DNA of 64,000 bases, from NCBI GenBank assembly GCA_965279515.1, contig CBDIID010000003.1:1888001-1952000 (forward strand). Reading direction: 5' to 3'. The translations under genes and the position numbers were made by a program. The notes under the pieces were generated by a model. That model saw only the letters and a list, made by a program, of their open reading frames with translations, did not search any database and was not told where the DNA came from. Positions within the stretch are counted from its first letter, which is position 1. Each line of letters starts with the position of its first letter. This DNA comes from Turneriella sp. (lineage in GTDB: Bacteria; Spirochaetota; Leptospiria; Turneriellales; Turneriellaceae). Below, piece after piece: positions 1-10,552 of this stretch.

Positions 1-1
1 C

Positions 2-754
2 GGCACGCCCGGCTTTGACCGCATCGCGCATCGCCTCGGCCATGAGCACGGGGTGTTGCGCCTTGGCAATCGCCGTGTTGAGCAACACCGCGTCGGCGCC
101 CAACTCCATCGCGCGCGCGGCGTGCGAAGGTTTGCCGATACCGGCATCGATGATGACCGGCGCACGGCCGCGCATCATTTCCAGAAGGATTACAAGGTTA
201 GCCTCGTTGGCAATCCCCCTGCCTGAGCCAATCGGGCTCGCCGCTGGCATGATCGCATCGGCGCCCGCATCGGCGAGCCGCCGCGCCATGACGGGATCGT
301 CCGTGGTATAGACCATGAGGTAGAGCTGTTTCGTCTCGGCATGGGCCTTGATGAGTTCGACCGCTTTCAGGGTTTCGATCGGGTCGGGTAGAAGGGTCTG
401 CAAATCGCCCGTCACTTCGATCTTGAGATGTGTGGACTCCATCGCAGCCGCGATGCGCGCATAGCGCAGCGCGTCGGCGCCGAATGCAGCGCCCGAGGTG
501 TTGGGCAACAGGGCAATTTTGGCCCGGTCAATGCGGTCGATGAGAGACAGCGAAGGCGACGAACCTGCAGCAGGGATTTCAATCCGCCTTAAGGCGACAG
601 TCACCATTTCGGTGCCCGATACCTCGTGGCAAAGCCGCATGGTTTCGAGATCAGGATAGCGGCCGGTACCCACAATGAGGCGCGAGCCAAGGCTCAATTT
701 TCCGAGTTGTAGGGGTGTTAAAAGAGAAGCGGAGTTAGGCGCGTCGGGGCTCAG
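2..754 (-). CDS. thiG: Thiazole synthase ThiG (3' end runs off the window; start codon uncertain)
   Basis: Manual translation of the minus strand gives SRLIVGTGRY...PIGSGRGI...PVIIDAGIGKPSHAARAMELGADAVLLNTAIAKA. Not in the ORF track. Confidence 0.93.
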   Translation of the reverse strand, partial: MSPDAPNSASLLTPLQLGKLSLGSRLIVGTGRYPDLETMRLCHEVSGTEMVTVALRRIEIPAAGSSPSLSLIDRIDRAKIALLPNTSGAAFGADALRYARIAAAMESTHLKIEVTGDLQTLLPDPIETLKAVELIKAHAETKQLYLMVYTTDDPVMARRLADAGADAIMPAASPIGSGRGIANEANLVILLEMMRGRAPVIIDAGIGKPSHAARAMELGADAVLLNTAIAKAQHPVLMAEAMRDAVKAGRA

Positions 755-990
755 GTGGTTTCGTCTTCGTCGTCATCTGCCACGGCGACAACTTCTTTCT
801 TATCATAACCGTATTTGACTTTTTCGTCGGCGAGCATGCTGAGAGTTTGCACTGCACTTTTGCGGCGCTTCAGGCCCTTGGGAATATCGAGCTTGAAAAG
901 GTGATCGACAACGTCAAAGCTGGCACATGCCACTTCGTATTTTTTGCTTTTCGCGAGGTAGAGAATTTTGGCAATTTCGATGTCTTTCAT
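751..990 (-). CDS. rpoZ: Small protein, probable RNA polymerase omega subunit
   Basis: 79 aa with SKKYEVACA (KY..v.. motif), omega-like C-terminus (TLSMLADEKVKY) and an acidic tail. Confidence 0.5.
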   Translation of the reverse strand: MKDIEIAKILYLAKSKKYEVACASFDVVDHLFKLDIPKGLKRRKSAVQTLSMLADEKVKYGYDKKEVVAVADDDEDETT

Positions 991-1037
991 GGGAGAGGAC
1001 TGCCAAATTTGCTGACTTGAACCTGCTGTAAACTAAA

Positions 1038-2480
1038 ATGAGTGATTCACTGTTCAAGCGCATAACCCGCCTGTTAATAGGTGAATCTGCCGATGGCACC
1101 ACCGCGGCAAACGGCATCAACTACTTCCCCAAACGCCTCCCCGAACATCTCGACGTCATCTTTTTTGAAGAATATATCAGGGCGCTGCGGATGCCCGTCA
1201 TCTGGGTCACGATTCTCGTGTACGCGATCGTGCTCGTCGGTGTCTGTTATTACCAGTCCAAATTTACCTACATTCTGCACTGGTTTGCGGTTTTGCTGGT
1301 CATCGGCCTTTTAACGATCTTCCATATATTCTATTTCTGGGATCTCACCAAGAAGCTGGGCTACCGTAACCAGCTGACGTTGCTCAATATCTTCCTAGGG
1401 TTACTTGTAAGCACGCTGGCATGGGGAATCTTTCTCTCCTGGGAAACAATGACCGAAGGCTACATCGGCATGATGACGACGATCATCGGTTCGATCCTGG
1501 GTGCTGGCGCGGTCATTCTTTCGTATTCGCGCGTCAGTTACCTGATTTTTATGTCGGGCCTGGTCGTGCCGGGCGTGATTTACATGTTCACGCATACCGG
1601 GCCGTTTTACCTTTTTATGGGCATCCTGTTTTGCGGTGGTTTTTTTTCCTTTATCGCGATCAATGTCATGGAGTATGCCAAGCAGCGCCAGCTCTTCGAT
1701 GCGCGGCAGCAACTCACCGAATTTAACGCCGAGCTCACGCGCAAAGACGCCGAACTCGACCAGGAACTTCTGTTTGCCTCGCATATCCAGATGGGGATTT
1801 TTCCCGAGCCGAAAACAAAAACCAATGCATGGTCTTTCCAGACGACGATTTTACCGCTCGGCCGCATTTCCGGCGACTACTGCGACATTGTGACGCGGGG
1901 CGATATCACCTTTGCGATCGTTGCCGATGCCTCGGGCCATGGCGTACCGGCAGCGATGCTGACAATGGCCGCAAAAAACGTTTTTTCGAACACGCTGACA
2001 GAAAAAATCTCACCCGCGGCAGCGCTGGCAAAGAGCAATCATGAGATTCTCAAAATGATCAAAACCCAGGACTTCATGACAGGGTTTCTTTTAAAGCTCT
2101 ACCCTTCGGGCCTTGTCGAATTCTCAAACGCCGCCCACCCTACGGCGTTTTACCAGAGCCGCGCGGGGGATATCCGCTTTCTCGACACCTCGGGTTTTAT
2201 TTTAGGCGGCCTCGATGATGTCGACGCGCTCTATGAAAACGGCAGCGTGCAGATGCAGACAGGCGACCGGCTGTTTCTCTATACCGATGGCGTTATCGAA
2301 AGTTTCAATCCATTAAACAAGCTTTATGGCATGGATCGTCTCGAGAAGGTTCTGCGCATTACGCGCGGCCTCGAACTCGCGAAGGTCGTGCCAAAGGTTT
2401 TTTCTGACGTCGTCGGTTTCTGCGAAGGCGTGCCGTTCCGCGACGATATTGCCATGATGGTGATAGAGTACAATCCCTGA
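1038..2480 (+). CDS. Membrane-bound PP2C/SpoIIE (RsbU-type) phosphatase
   Basis: About 6 TM helices, coiled coil, ISGDYCD, ADASGHGVPAA, YTDGVIE, DDIAM motifs. Confidence 0.92.
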   Translation: MSDSLFKRITRLLIGESADGTTAANGINYFPKRLPEHLDVIFFEEYIRALRMPVIWVTILVYAIVLVGVCYYQSKFTYILHWFAVLLVIGLLTIFHIFYFWDLTKKLGYRNQLTLLNIFLGLLVSTLAWGIFLSWETMTEGYIGMMTTIIGSILGAGAVILSYSRVSYLIFMSGLVVPGVIYMFTHTGPFYLFMGILFCGGFFSFIAINVMEYAKQRQLFDARQQLTEFNAELTRKDAELDQELLFASHIQMGIFPEPKTKTNAWSFQTTILPLGRISGDYCDIVTRGDITFAIVADASGHGVPAAMLTMAAKNVFSNTLTEKISPAAALAKSNHEILKMIKTQDFMTGFLLKLYPSGLVEFSNAAHPTAFYQSRAGDIRFLDTSGFILGGLDDVDALYENGSVQMQTGDRLFLYTDGVIESFNPLNKLYGMDRLEKVLRITRGLELAKVVPKVFSDVVGFCEGVPFRDDIAMMVIEYNP

Positions 2481-2534
2481 TTTACGATTTTAGAAAACTG
2501 GTTTACCCGGCTCCCGGTCTTTGGTAGGGACGTT

Positions 2535-4502
2535 TTGCCTTCAGAAAATATGCCGCCCGGTTTCAGAAAATTACACTTTCTCTGTTATCTGGTGGGTACG
2601 TTTTTTTTACCATCAGGAAAAATTTCCGCCGAGAAATTTATTTTCACGGGCAACATGGAATATCCGCCGCTGATCTTTCTCGAAGACGGCAAGCCCAAAG
2701 GTATTTATCCCGACATCATGCGGGCGATGCAGTCGCCGGAATTCGATGCCGAGATACGCCTCATGGAATGGCAGGCGGCGCAATCGGCGGTACTGCACGG
2801 TTCGGCCGATGCCATCATCGGCATGGCAATTCTCGAAGAGCGTAAAAAGGCATTTGATTTTTCCGATTCACTGCTCGCGCATGAATTTGCGATCTTCGTG
2901 CGCAAGGGCGATCACACCATCCAGGGTTTTTCAGACCTGAAGCGCAAGACGGTGGGTGTCATCCCCGGCAGCGTTCCCGTCGCCCAGCTCAAGGATGAGC
3001 CTGAAATCCATTTCAAATCTTTCTCCAGCTACCGTGAAGGCTTCGCCTTGCTCCGGGAAACAAAGGTCGACGCGCTGGTTATCAATGAATGGGTCGGCGC
3101 GTATATTCTCTATAACAATAACATCGATAATGTCGTTCCGGTAAAATCAGCCTCGGTCATCGGCGGGCCTGCCGGGTTTGGCGTCCGCAAGGGCAATGCG
3201 GCCCTGGTCGCAAAAATCAACGCCGGTCTAAAAAATCTCAGGGCCTCCGGCAAACTCGATAAAATTCTCGAGCGCTGGGCTCCGCATAGTATGATCATCT
3301 GGCCGCAGGCAAAGCTGCGCAGCATGACCACGATTTTTATCGTTTCAGGAACCGCACTGCTGCTTTGTATCCTCATTCTCTGGGTCTTTACCCTGCTGCG
3401 CCATCTGAAACGCGCGCGCCGGGCCGAACAACAACTGCGCGAAAGCCACGAGCTTCTCGGAAAATTAACACACCATGTGCCGGGCATGCTCTACCAGTTC
3501 AGGATGGCCCCCGACGGAAAGTTTTCCCTCAGTTATACCAGCGAGGGTGTGGGCGTTTTGCAGGAGGTTTCGCGTGAGGATGCACTGGCGGATTTCACGC
3601 TGCTGGAACGGCGTGTGCACCCGGATGATAAGGACCGCTTCAGCGAATCCATTCAGGCATCGGCGGCCAATCTCACGCCGTGGAATCTCGAATACCGGAT
3701 GGTTTTGCCCGTGCAGGGTGTCCGCTGGCGCCGGGGAGAATCACAGCCTGAAAAGGCCGCCGACGGAACGATCGTCTGGCACGGCTATCTCTCAGATATT
3801 ACGGAACAAAAACTCAAGGAGACGCAAATTGCCGAACTCTCGGCGAAGATTATCGACCTCAGGGAAAAAGAACGGGCCGAGATTTCCCATGAGCTGCACG
3901 ATTCCGTCGGCCAGAGCCTTGTGATACTCAAACTGCACCTGGAAAGCAAAATGAAGTTGCTCAACGAACAGCAAAAAACCGAATTCCGGGATCTTTTCGC
4001 CACCATCGATAAAGTTCTTTCGACGGCGCGCGAAATTTCCCGCCGCCTGAGCCCCTTACACCTGCGCAGCCTCGGGCTTGCGGGTGTGATTGAAGACCTC
4101 TGCGACCAGATCCGCAAGAGCCGGAACTTCAAAATCTCGCTCGACATCGAGGCGTTTGCGCGCTGCGTTTCCGAAGACTCGGCGATCCAGGTCTACCGCA
4201 TTGTACAGGAAGCGCTCACCAACATTCTCAAACACAGTGACGCCGACGAGATCCGCATCTATGCGCAGCACGGGGACCAGTCGATTCGCCTCGTGATAGC
4301 CGATAATGGAAAAAATGCCCCCGCCAAAATGGCGCAGGGACCGGGTATCGGCCTGCAGATCATGCGCGAGCGCGCCCGAATTATCGAAGGCACCTTCCAT
4401 TTCCATATGGGCAGCGAAGGCGCACAGGTTGAAATTGAACTACCGAAACGTTTTGCCCGCGACGTGGCGATGGAATCAGCGCAGGGTAATGATTCCGGCT
4501 GA
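2535..4502 (+). CDS. Sensor histidine kinase: family-3 solute-binding domain + TM + PAS + HisKA_3/HATPase (alternative ATG at 2550)
   Basis: EYPPL...GIYPDI binding-protein fold, VHPDD PAS, ELHDSVGQ, QEALTNILKHS, DNG, GIGL. Confidence 0.9.
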   Translation: MPSENMPPGFRKLHFLCYLVGTFFLPSGKISAEKFIFTGNMEYPPLIFLEDGKPKGIYPDIMRAMQSPEFDAEIRLMEWQAAQSAVLHGSADAIIGMAILEERKKAFDFSDSLLAHEFAIFVRKGDHTIQGFSDLKRKTVGVIPGSVPVAQLKDEPEIHFKSFSSYREGFALLRETKVDALVINEWVGAYILYNNNIDNVVPVKSASVIGGPAGFGVRKGNAALVAKINAGLKNLRASGKLDKILERWAPHSMIIWPQAKLRSMTTIFIVSGTALLLCILILWVFTLLRHLKRARRAEQQLRESHELLGKLTHHVPGMLYQFRMAPDGKFSLSYTSEGVGVLQEVSREDALADFTLLERRVHPDDKDRFSESIQASAANLTPWNLEYRMVLPVQGVRWRRGESQPEKAADGTIVWHGYLSDITEQKLKETQIAELSAKIIDLREKERAEISHELHDSVGQSLVILKLHLESKMKLLNEQQKTEFRDLFATIDKVLSTAREISRRLSPLHLRSLGLAGVIEDLCDQIRKSRNFKISLDIEAFARCVSEDSAIQVYRIVQEALTNILKHSDADEIRIYAQHGDQSIRLVIADNGKNAPAKMAQGPGIGLQIMRERARIIEGTFHFHMGSEGAQVEIELPKRFARDVAMESAQGNDSG

Positions 4503-5708
4503 AGACTGCAGATAGACCGCATCGCCCCGCGCAACCATACGCTCGGCGACCAAATCATTGCGGTCGAGCAGAATACCGCGCCGGTTGGCAATCAGCAGGC
4601 GGCCTGTGCGGTGGGTAAAAACACAGGCCTGCTCTTTACCAATACGGATCGCGGCGCCGCGCCAAAGGTCGGGAGCGTTGTCACCGGCAGGGGCAGTGAC
4701 CACCGCCACATGCCTGAGGCCCGACTTGCGGCCCGCGGTAAAATAAAGCGCAAGACCGTCGGCGTTTGTATCTGTTTGAGGCGCCGCCTGCAGAAAACAG
4801 ATAGAGTTGGCCGTCATCACCAAAGGCGACGCGGTTACGGTACGAACCGGTAACTCTGCAGTTAAAACCGCGTCGAGATCTGCGGGAACCATCCGCATGG
4901 CCTCGGCCGGCTTTTCTTCTTTCGGCGGCTTCAGCGTGAAAGCGATGCGCAGCAGAAAATCCTTTTGCATCTTTACCTTGTCGACCTCAACCGTGCGTTC
5001 GACAATCGCCGCGAGCTCGCCCGTCTCAAAATCGCAATGCAGCGACTTCAGGGCATAACCGAGCTTGTGGCGGAAATACAGCTTTTGATCAAGATGTGCA
5101 ACGATCACCTCGCCGTCGAGCGAGCCGATACAGACCTGCGCGGTCTTCAGGTCGGGATTATCGTCTGTCACAAAACGCGTGAACAGCACGCCCTGAAAAT
5201 CGGCATGTACCTTGAAATCGGGATTCATGAAGACGACGCGTGAATGGTCGCCCGCTGCCGCCATGATGTAACGCCCGCGCGGCAGCGCGTTCAAATAATG
5301 GCTCTCTTCTTTTTCCCAAAGAAAATTACCCTGCTCGTTGAAAACATAAACCTGTGTACCGATCTGTGGGTACCAGACATAATACGCGCCGTTCTCAGGC
5401 GCCGTGATATAGCCCTCTTTGCCGGTCAGCGAAATCCTGGTATCGTCGGCCTTTTTGAGTTCGGCGCCAGGCAGGCGGATAGACCGCACGATGCCACCCG
5501 CCGCACCTACCCCGTAGGCGATGTACTGGCCTGCGTCGGTGCGGCGGTAGAATACGAGCGCCGGGGTCTCGTTCGCGGCCGTGGCCTCTTCGCGGAAGGC
5601 AGAAAAGGCCGTGATCTCCGGAAGGCGGATTTCATCGGTCGATGAAAACGGCACCTGCCAGATAAGCCAGGTGGCGACGAGAATGGCGGCGATAAAACGG
5701 AAGATCAC
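4476..5708 (-). CDS. Hypothetical exported or membrane-anchored beta-rich protein
   Basis: 410-aa ORF with an N-terminal hydrophobic segment; ATG overlaps the XPB stop. Confidence 0.7.
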   Translation of the reverse strand: MIFRFIAAILVATWLIWQVPFSSTDEIRLPEITAFSAFREEATAANETPALVFYRRTDAGQYIAYGVGAAGGIVRSIRLPGAELKKADDTRISLTGKEGYITAPENGAYYVWYPQIGTQVYVFNEQGNFLWEKEESHYLNALPRGRYIMAAAGDHSRVVFMNPDFKVHADFQGVLFTRFVTDDNPDLKTAQVCIGSLDGEVIVAHLDQKLYFRHKLGYALKSLHCDFETGELAAIVERTVEVDKVKMQKDFLLRIAFTLKPPKEEKPAEAMRMVPADLDAVLTAELPVRTVTASPLVMTANSICFLQAAPQTDTNADGLALYFTAGRKSGLRHVAVVTAPAGDNAPDLWRGAAIRIGKEQACVFTHRTGRLLIANRRGILLDRNDLVAERMVARGDAVYLQSSAGIITLR

Positions 5709-7525
5709 GCGCTGCCGACGGGAGTCCTTCTATCATCCGCGCTCTGCCGGCGATCATCGCCTTCGCGCAATTCTTTCATCTTTTTCATGATCTCGACATA
5801 GGTGCCGTATTTATCGCGGAAGTCCTGGTACGAGTAGATATAATACTCATAACCCTGCTCCGTGAGAAACAGCTGGCGGTTACGGCAGAATTGTTCTTCG
5901 CTCGATTCGTTCGTGATGACTGAATAAAAGAGCGCCTGGTTGCCGTTCTGCTTGGGACGCAGTACGCGGCCCAAACGCTGCGCCTCTTCTTGCCGGCTAC
6001 CGAACGTGCCCGAAATCTGGATAGCCACATTGGCGTCCGGGAGGTCGATCGAGAAGTTGGCAACCTTCGAAACAACGAGTGCACTGATCTGCTTCGTGCG
6101 GAAAGCCTCATAGAGCCGAGCGCGTTCGTCAAGGTGCGTCTTACCCGTGATAAGCGGAATCTTGAAACGCGCGGACACGCGCTGCAGCTGATCGAGGTAT
6201 TGCCCGATCACCAGCACCTGGTCGTTGCGGTGGTGGTACAGCAGCGTGCCGATAACACGCGTCTTCTCCGGATTTTCAGACGACAGACGGAATTTTTCGC
6301 GGTCGTCGGCAACCGAATACATACCGCGCATCAGGGAACGCAGCGGTGTGCGTATTTCGACGCAGCGCGCTTCGGCGATCCATTTTTTCTTCTCGAGCTC
6401 TTTCCAGGGCACGTCGTACTTTTTGGGGCCAATGAGCGAAAACACGTCTTCTTCGAGACCGTCTTCGCGCACCAGTGTGGCGGTGAGGCCCAAACGGCGC
6501 TTCGCCTGCAGCTCGCTCGTCATTCTGAAGACCGGCGCCGGTAAAAGGTGCACCTCATCATAGACGATAAAACCCCAGTTATTCGAAGAGAACAGGTGGA
6601 AGTGCGTGAACTCCCCGCCTTTTTTCTTACGGTGCGTGAGAATGTTATATGTCGCGATCGTAATCGGTTTGATCTCTTTTTTGTCGCCTGAATATTCACC
6701 GATGTCGCTTTCGGGAATCGTCGTCTTGTCGAGAATCTCAGTTTTCCACTGGCGGATCGACAGCGTGTTGGTGACGAGAATCAGCGTCTGCGCGCCGACC
6801 GCATGCATCGCACCGATGCCGACAATCGTCTTACCGGCACCGCAGGGCAGCACAACCACCCCCGAACCGCCTTCGACGCTGCCGTCGGCGTAAAACGCCT
6901 TGATCGAAGATTCCTGGTAGTCGCGGATGATAAACTCATTGCCGCTCGTCAGTTTTTGTTTCAGGTCGAATTTGAAATCGTTACCCTTCTCATAACCCGC
7001 GAGGTCCTCGACCGGATAGCCGATCTTAATGAGAGCCTGTTTTATATGGCCGCGGAAATCCGCTTTGACATAAACTTCATTCGGGGTCTTGGGACCTTCG
7101 ATATAAGGCTGAACTTTTTTGTTGCGGATGACCTCTGCAATATAGCGCGCATCCGCCGATTTGAGAATCAGGTCACCGCGGTCGTCGCGCTCCAGTTTCA
7201 GCTTGCCATAACGGCCGATCTGCGTATAGACATCGGCGCTGACAGCCTGCGGCACAGGATATTTGGAATATTTATAGAGGGCGTCGACAATCTGCTCGGC
7301 CTTGAGCTTTGACGCCGCCGCATTCCACAGCGAAAGCGGGGTGATGCGGTAGGTATGCAGGTACTCGGGCGACTTCTCTAGCTCGGCGAAGCGCGAGATC
7401 TCTGTACGGCAATCCTCAAATTTCGGATGGTCTACTTCGAGAAGCAGAGTCTTATCCGATTGAACAATGAGCGGTTTTTCATCTAAATCTGCCACGTTGT
7501 CTCCTTTCCGGTTTTCGTTGATCAC
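5705..7525 (-). CDS. XPB/Rad25-family DNA helicase
   Basis: PLIVQSDKTLLLE N-terminal domain, LPCGAGKT, DEVH, LTATLVREDG (RED motif), QRLGRVLRPK. Confidence 0.93.
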   Translation of the reverse strand: MINENRKGDNVADLDEKPLIVQSDKTLLLEVDHPKFEDCRTEISRFAELEKSPEYLHTYRITPLSLWNAAASKLKAEQIVDALYKYSKYPVPQAVSADVYTQIGRYGKLKLERDDRGDLILKSADARYIAEVIRNKKVQPYIEGPKTPNEVYVKADFRGHIKQALIKIGYPVEDLAGYEKGNDFKFDLKQKLTSGNEFIIRDYQESSIKAFYADGSVEGGSGVVVLPCGAGKTIVGIGAMHAVGAQTLILVTNTLSIRQWKTEILDKTTIPESDIGEYSGDKKEIKPITIATYNILTHRKKKGGEFTHFHLFSSNNWGFIVYDEVHLLPAPVFRMTSELQAKRRLGLTATLVREDGLEEDVFSLIGPKKYDVPWKELEKKKWIAEARCVEIRTPLRSLMRGMYSVADDREKFRLSSENPEKTRVIGTLLYHHRNDQVLVIGQYLDQLQRVSARFKIPLITGKTHLDERARLYEAFRTKQISALVVSKVANFSIDLPDANVAIQISGTFGSRQEEAQRLGRVLRPKQNGNQALFYSVITNESSEEQFCRNRQLFLTEQGYEYYIYSYQDFRDKYGTYVEIMKKMKELREGDDRRQSADDRRTPVGSA

Positions 7526-7678
7526 CCTCGGGCGCGAAAATCAGGGCGTTTAGGCGTTGAGGTCAAAGACACCCTGTAAAGGAGAATATAAGAGGCATTT
7601 TTCTTCGCGGCGAGTTAATGCGAACCGCATTAAATGGCTAATGGCTTTTCGTTGTGTTAAATTATAAGGTTTCGACAT

Positions 7679-8155
7679 ATGCGCTCTTTTATCTTTATTA
7701 TAGCCCTATTTGCTGCAACGACTGGGGCTGTGACCGCCACGCGCGCCAACCAACAGGGGCATTTGGGCCTGGGCGGTATTATTGGCGAGCCAACGGGTGC
7801 CTCGATCAAGTACGTCATCGACGAACTCTTTGCGGTGCAGGGTGCCGTGGGCCTGAGTATCATCGAAAAGGGTTTTTGGCTCGGTGCGGATTTCCTGCTG
7901 CAGTTCCGCAATGTCTTCACCCAGGACGGCCGCTGGCCACTCTATGTCGGCGGCGGCATTATCATCCAGGATCGCGGTAACAGTGGGAAAACCAACAAGG
8001 GTGAAACTTCGCTGGGCCTGCGCGCCGTCGCCGGTGTGGAGTTCCATGCGCTGGAGAGACTTTCGATTTTTGGCGAAGTTTCGGTTCAACCGTTTATTAT
8101 TCCTTCTATCGACTTTGGCGTTGGCCTCGGTGTCGGCGCACGCTACTGGCTGTAA
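7679..8155 (+). CDS. Small outer-membrane beta-barrel protein
   Basis: Signal peptide, GLGGIIGEPTG, alternating strands, C-terminal GARYWL. Confidence 0.75.
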   Translation: MRSFIFIIALFAATTGAVTATRANQQGHLGLGGIIGEPTGASIKYVIDELFAVQGAVGLSIIEKGFWLGADFLLQFRNVFTQDGRWPLYVGGGIIIQDRGNSGKTNKGETSLGLRAVAGVEFHALERLSIFGEVSVQPFIIPSIDFGVGLGVGARYWL

Positions 8156-8167
8156 ACTTGAGATAAA

Positions 8168-8183
8168 ATAAACCGCGGTTTAT
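8168..8183. promoter_or_regulatory. Perfect 16-bp palindrome ATAAACCGCGGTTTAT, candidate operator
   Basis: Read directly; intergenic, 55 bp upstream of the 8239 gene; related AAACCGCCGGTGTTT at 8201-8215. Confidence 0.45.
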
Positions 8184-8238
8184 GCATTAGCAGTGAGAAA
8201 AAACCGCCGGTGTTTGGTATTTCATAAGCAGAGGCGCC

Positions 8239-8823
8239 ATGAAGTACATCCATCCCCTGCACCACAGGAAAACATCTATATCGCTACCCCGCGCATCCTA
8301 CCGCCGCCTTTGCGCCGCGCGCAAAATCTTCGCCCGCAACGGTATCCGCTATTCCGAGCAGGAAATCTACCGGCGCCTGTTCAAGCTCTTCCTTAAAAAC
8401 TGGCGCGGCCGCGGCCTTAAAACCAACAGTTTGCGGCGCTACAACGCCGCGGGGAAGGCTTTTGAAATCCACCCGCTCTATATCAACCAGGTTCTCTATG
8501 CGACCCTCTGGCAGCGTGCACTGCATTCCGGTGAATCCATATCGCGTATGCTGGATGTGGCTATTCGCGTCTATCTGCCGCAGCTTTTGGAGAGCTTATT
8601 GTATTCGCCACGGCCTTCGGTCACTTTAGACCAGAATGCCCGTTATTGGACGGAACGCTACCGCAACCGAAGATCTCAATCCCCGGACTTTTTCATTAAC
8701 TACCTATGTCGGACGAAGATGAATGACCAGCACGGTCTCGAATATTCGCAAAATACAGAGATTATTTCCAAAGCGGGGCTTTCCCCGATGCAGATCTGGG
8801 ATTTGTTACACAAAGCCGCCTGA
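8239..8823 (+). CDS. Basic hypothetical protein, possibly DUF1564-like with two RHH-like units
   Basis: SD GAGG; Arg/Tyr-rich; KTSISLP...YRRL and YATLWQRALHSGESISRMLDVAIR segments look ribbon-helix-helix-like. Confidence 0.55.
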   Translation: MKYIHPLHHRKTSISLPRASYRRLCAARKIFARNGIRYSEQEIYRRLFKLFLKNWRGRGLKTNSLRRYNAAGKAFEIHPLYINQVLYATLWQRALHSGESISRMLDVAIRVYLPQLLESLLYSPRPSVTLDQNARYWTERYRNRRSQSPDFFINYLCRTKMNDQHGLEYSQNTEIISKAGLSPMQIWDLLHKAA

Positions 8824-8912
8824 ACAGCATTCTGCAAGACCCATCAGCCCAAGCTAACGGCACAAGCACGGTAAATTCCTTGCCTTCGTGTCGCAGAGCG
8901 CCTCAACGGGCG

Positions 8913-10541
8913 ATGCGAAAAATCTGGCGTAATGTCTACCGGTGGGGCGATACCGAAAAAAAAATCGATCACACGATTGAACACCATATCAATCATTTTA
9001 AACACCTGCTCAGCATCGAGGGCGAAACCCATGACCTGCCCTTAAATGCGAACGGCGGCGAAGAAGTCAAACTGACCAAGCGCAGCCGCCTCAGCCGCAC
9101 GGCGCTGCGCGATCTCATGCGCTTTGTCGGCAGCGACAATGTCATGGTCGATGACTATGCGCGCGCAAAACACTCCTTCGGCAAATATTACGGCGACATT
9201 GTGCGCATGCGCCTGGGCAAAATCGCCAACCCGCCCGACGCCGTCGTCTGCCCGCGCACCGAAGAAGATATCATCAAGGTAGTTAACTATTGCCACCTGA
9301 AAAAGATCGCCATCATTCCCTGGGGTGGAGGCACCTCGGTGACGCGCGCCCTCGAAGCCGACAAAGGCGGCATTGCACTCGACCTCACGCGGCATTTCAA
9401 AGACATTCTGTCGTTGAATGCTGAAGACTCGACTGTCACCGTCGAGTCGGGCATTCTCGGCCCCGATCTCGAGCTCTACCTCAACGAGCGCGGTTATACC
9501 TGCGGTCATTTTCCACAGTCATTTGAATTTGCCACCGTTGGGGGTTGGGTCGCCGCGCGTGGCGCGGGGCAGGCGTCGACGGGTTATGGCCGCATCGAAG
9601 ATATCCTGGTGGGATTACGCGCCGTGACGCCTGCGGGCCTCATCTCCTGCGGAAACTATCCCGCCGCTTCCGTGGGGGGAGACATACGCCATTTTATCAT
9701 GGGCAGCGAAGGCACGCTCGGTGTCATCAGCCGTGTGACGATTCGTGTGCGCAAATACAATGCCGCGAACGCCGTCATGAAATCGTACATGTTCAAATCT
9801 TTCGAAGCCGCGGTCGCGGCGATGCGGCAGATGATGCAGTCACAGGTACATCCGCCTCATTTCTTTCGTATTTCAGACCCCGAAGAAACCGAGATAGGTC
9901 TCGGCATGAAAGGAAAAGACAAGGGCATCGCGGGGGCATTCCTCAACTTCATGGGTTTCAAAAAGGGCGGCCGCTCGCTGATGTATGCAATCTTCGAAGG
10001 CGACTCTAAACAATCCAAAGTCGGCGAGCGGACGCTCGGCAAGATCGCGCGCAAGAATGGCGGTCTGTCACTGGGCAGCTATGCGACACGCAAATGGCTC
10101 GAACAACGCTATTCATCCGCCTACATGCGCGACCCGATGATGGACGCGGGCATACGCATTGACACGATCGAGACCTCGGTGCATTATTCGCGCCTGGTCG
10201 AGCTCTGGGAAGCGGTGCGTAAGTATATCAAACAAGACGGGCACACGCTTTGCCTGACGCATATTTCGCACACCTATGAAACCGGTGCAAACCTCTACTT
10301 CATCTTTGCCTCGCCGATGCTGCAAAAAGATGAACTGACACAGTTTGAGAAATTCCATAAGGGAATCGTGGCGACATTTATCGCGCATGGCGGCACGCTC
10401 TCGCACCACCACGGTGTCGGTCGTCTCGTCGCCGATGCTTTGGGTCAGCAGCATTCACCGGCGACGCTGGCGGCATGGCGGGCAGTGAAAAAGACACTGG
10501 ATCCCAAAGGTATCATGAATCCCGGAGCGTTGATTTTCTAG
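8913..10541 (+). CDS. FAD-linked oxidoreductase, alkylglycerone-phosphate synthase-like
   Basis: PWGGGTSV, GHFPQSFEFATVGGWVAARGAGQ, GSEGTLGVI, SHHHGVG, LDPKGIMNPG. Confidence 0.88.
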   Translation: MRKIWRNVYRWGDTEKKIDHTIEHHINHFKHLLSIEGETHDLPLNANGGEEVKLTKRSRLSRTALRDLMRFVGSDNVMVDDYARAKHSFGKYYGDIVRMRLGKIANPPDAVVCPRTEEDIIKVVNYCHLKKIAIIPWGGGTSVTRALEADKGGIALDLTRHFKDILSLNAEDSTVTVESGILGPDLELYLNERGYTCGHFPQSFEFATVGGWVAARGAGQASTGYGRIEDILVGLRAVTPAGLISCGNYPAASVGGDIRHFIMGSEGTLGVISRVTIRVRKYNAANAVMKSYMFKSFEAAVAAMRQMMQSQVHPPHFFRISDPEETEIGLGMKGKDKGIAGAFLNFMGFKKGGRSLMYAIFEGDSKQSKVGERTLGKIARKNGGLSLGSYATRKWLEQRYSSAYMRDPMMDAGIRIDTIETSVHYSRLVELWEAVRKYIKQDGHTLCLTHISHTYETGANLYFIFASPMLQKDELTQFEKFHKGIVATFIAHGGTLSHHHGVGRLVADALGQQHSPATLAAWRAVKKTLDPKGIMNPGALIF

Positions 10542-10552
10542 ACGAACCAGTA

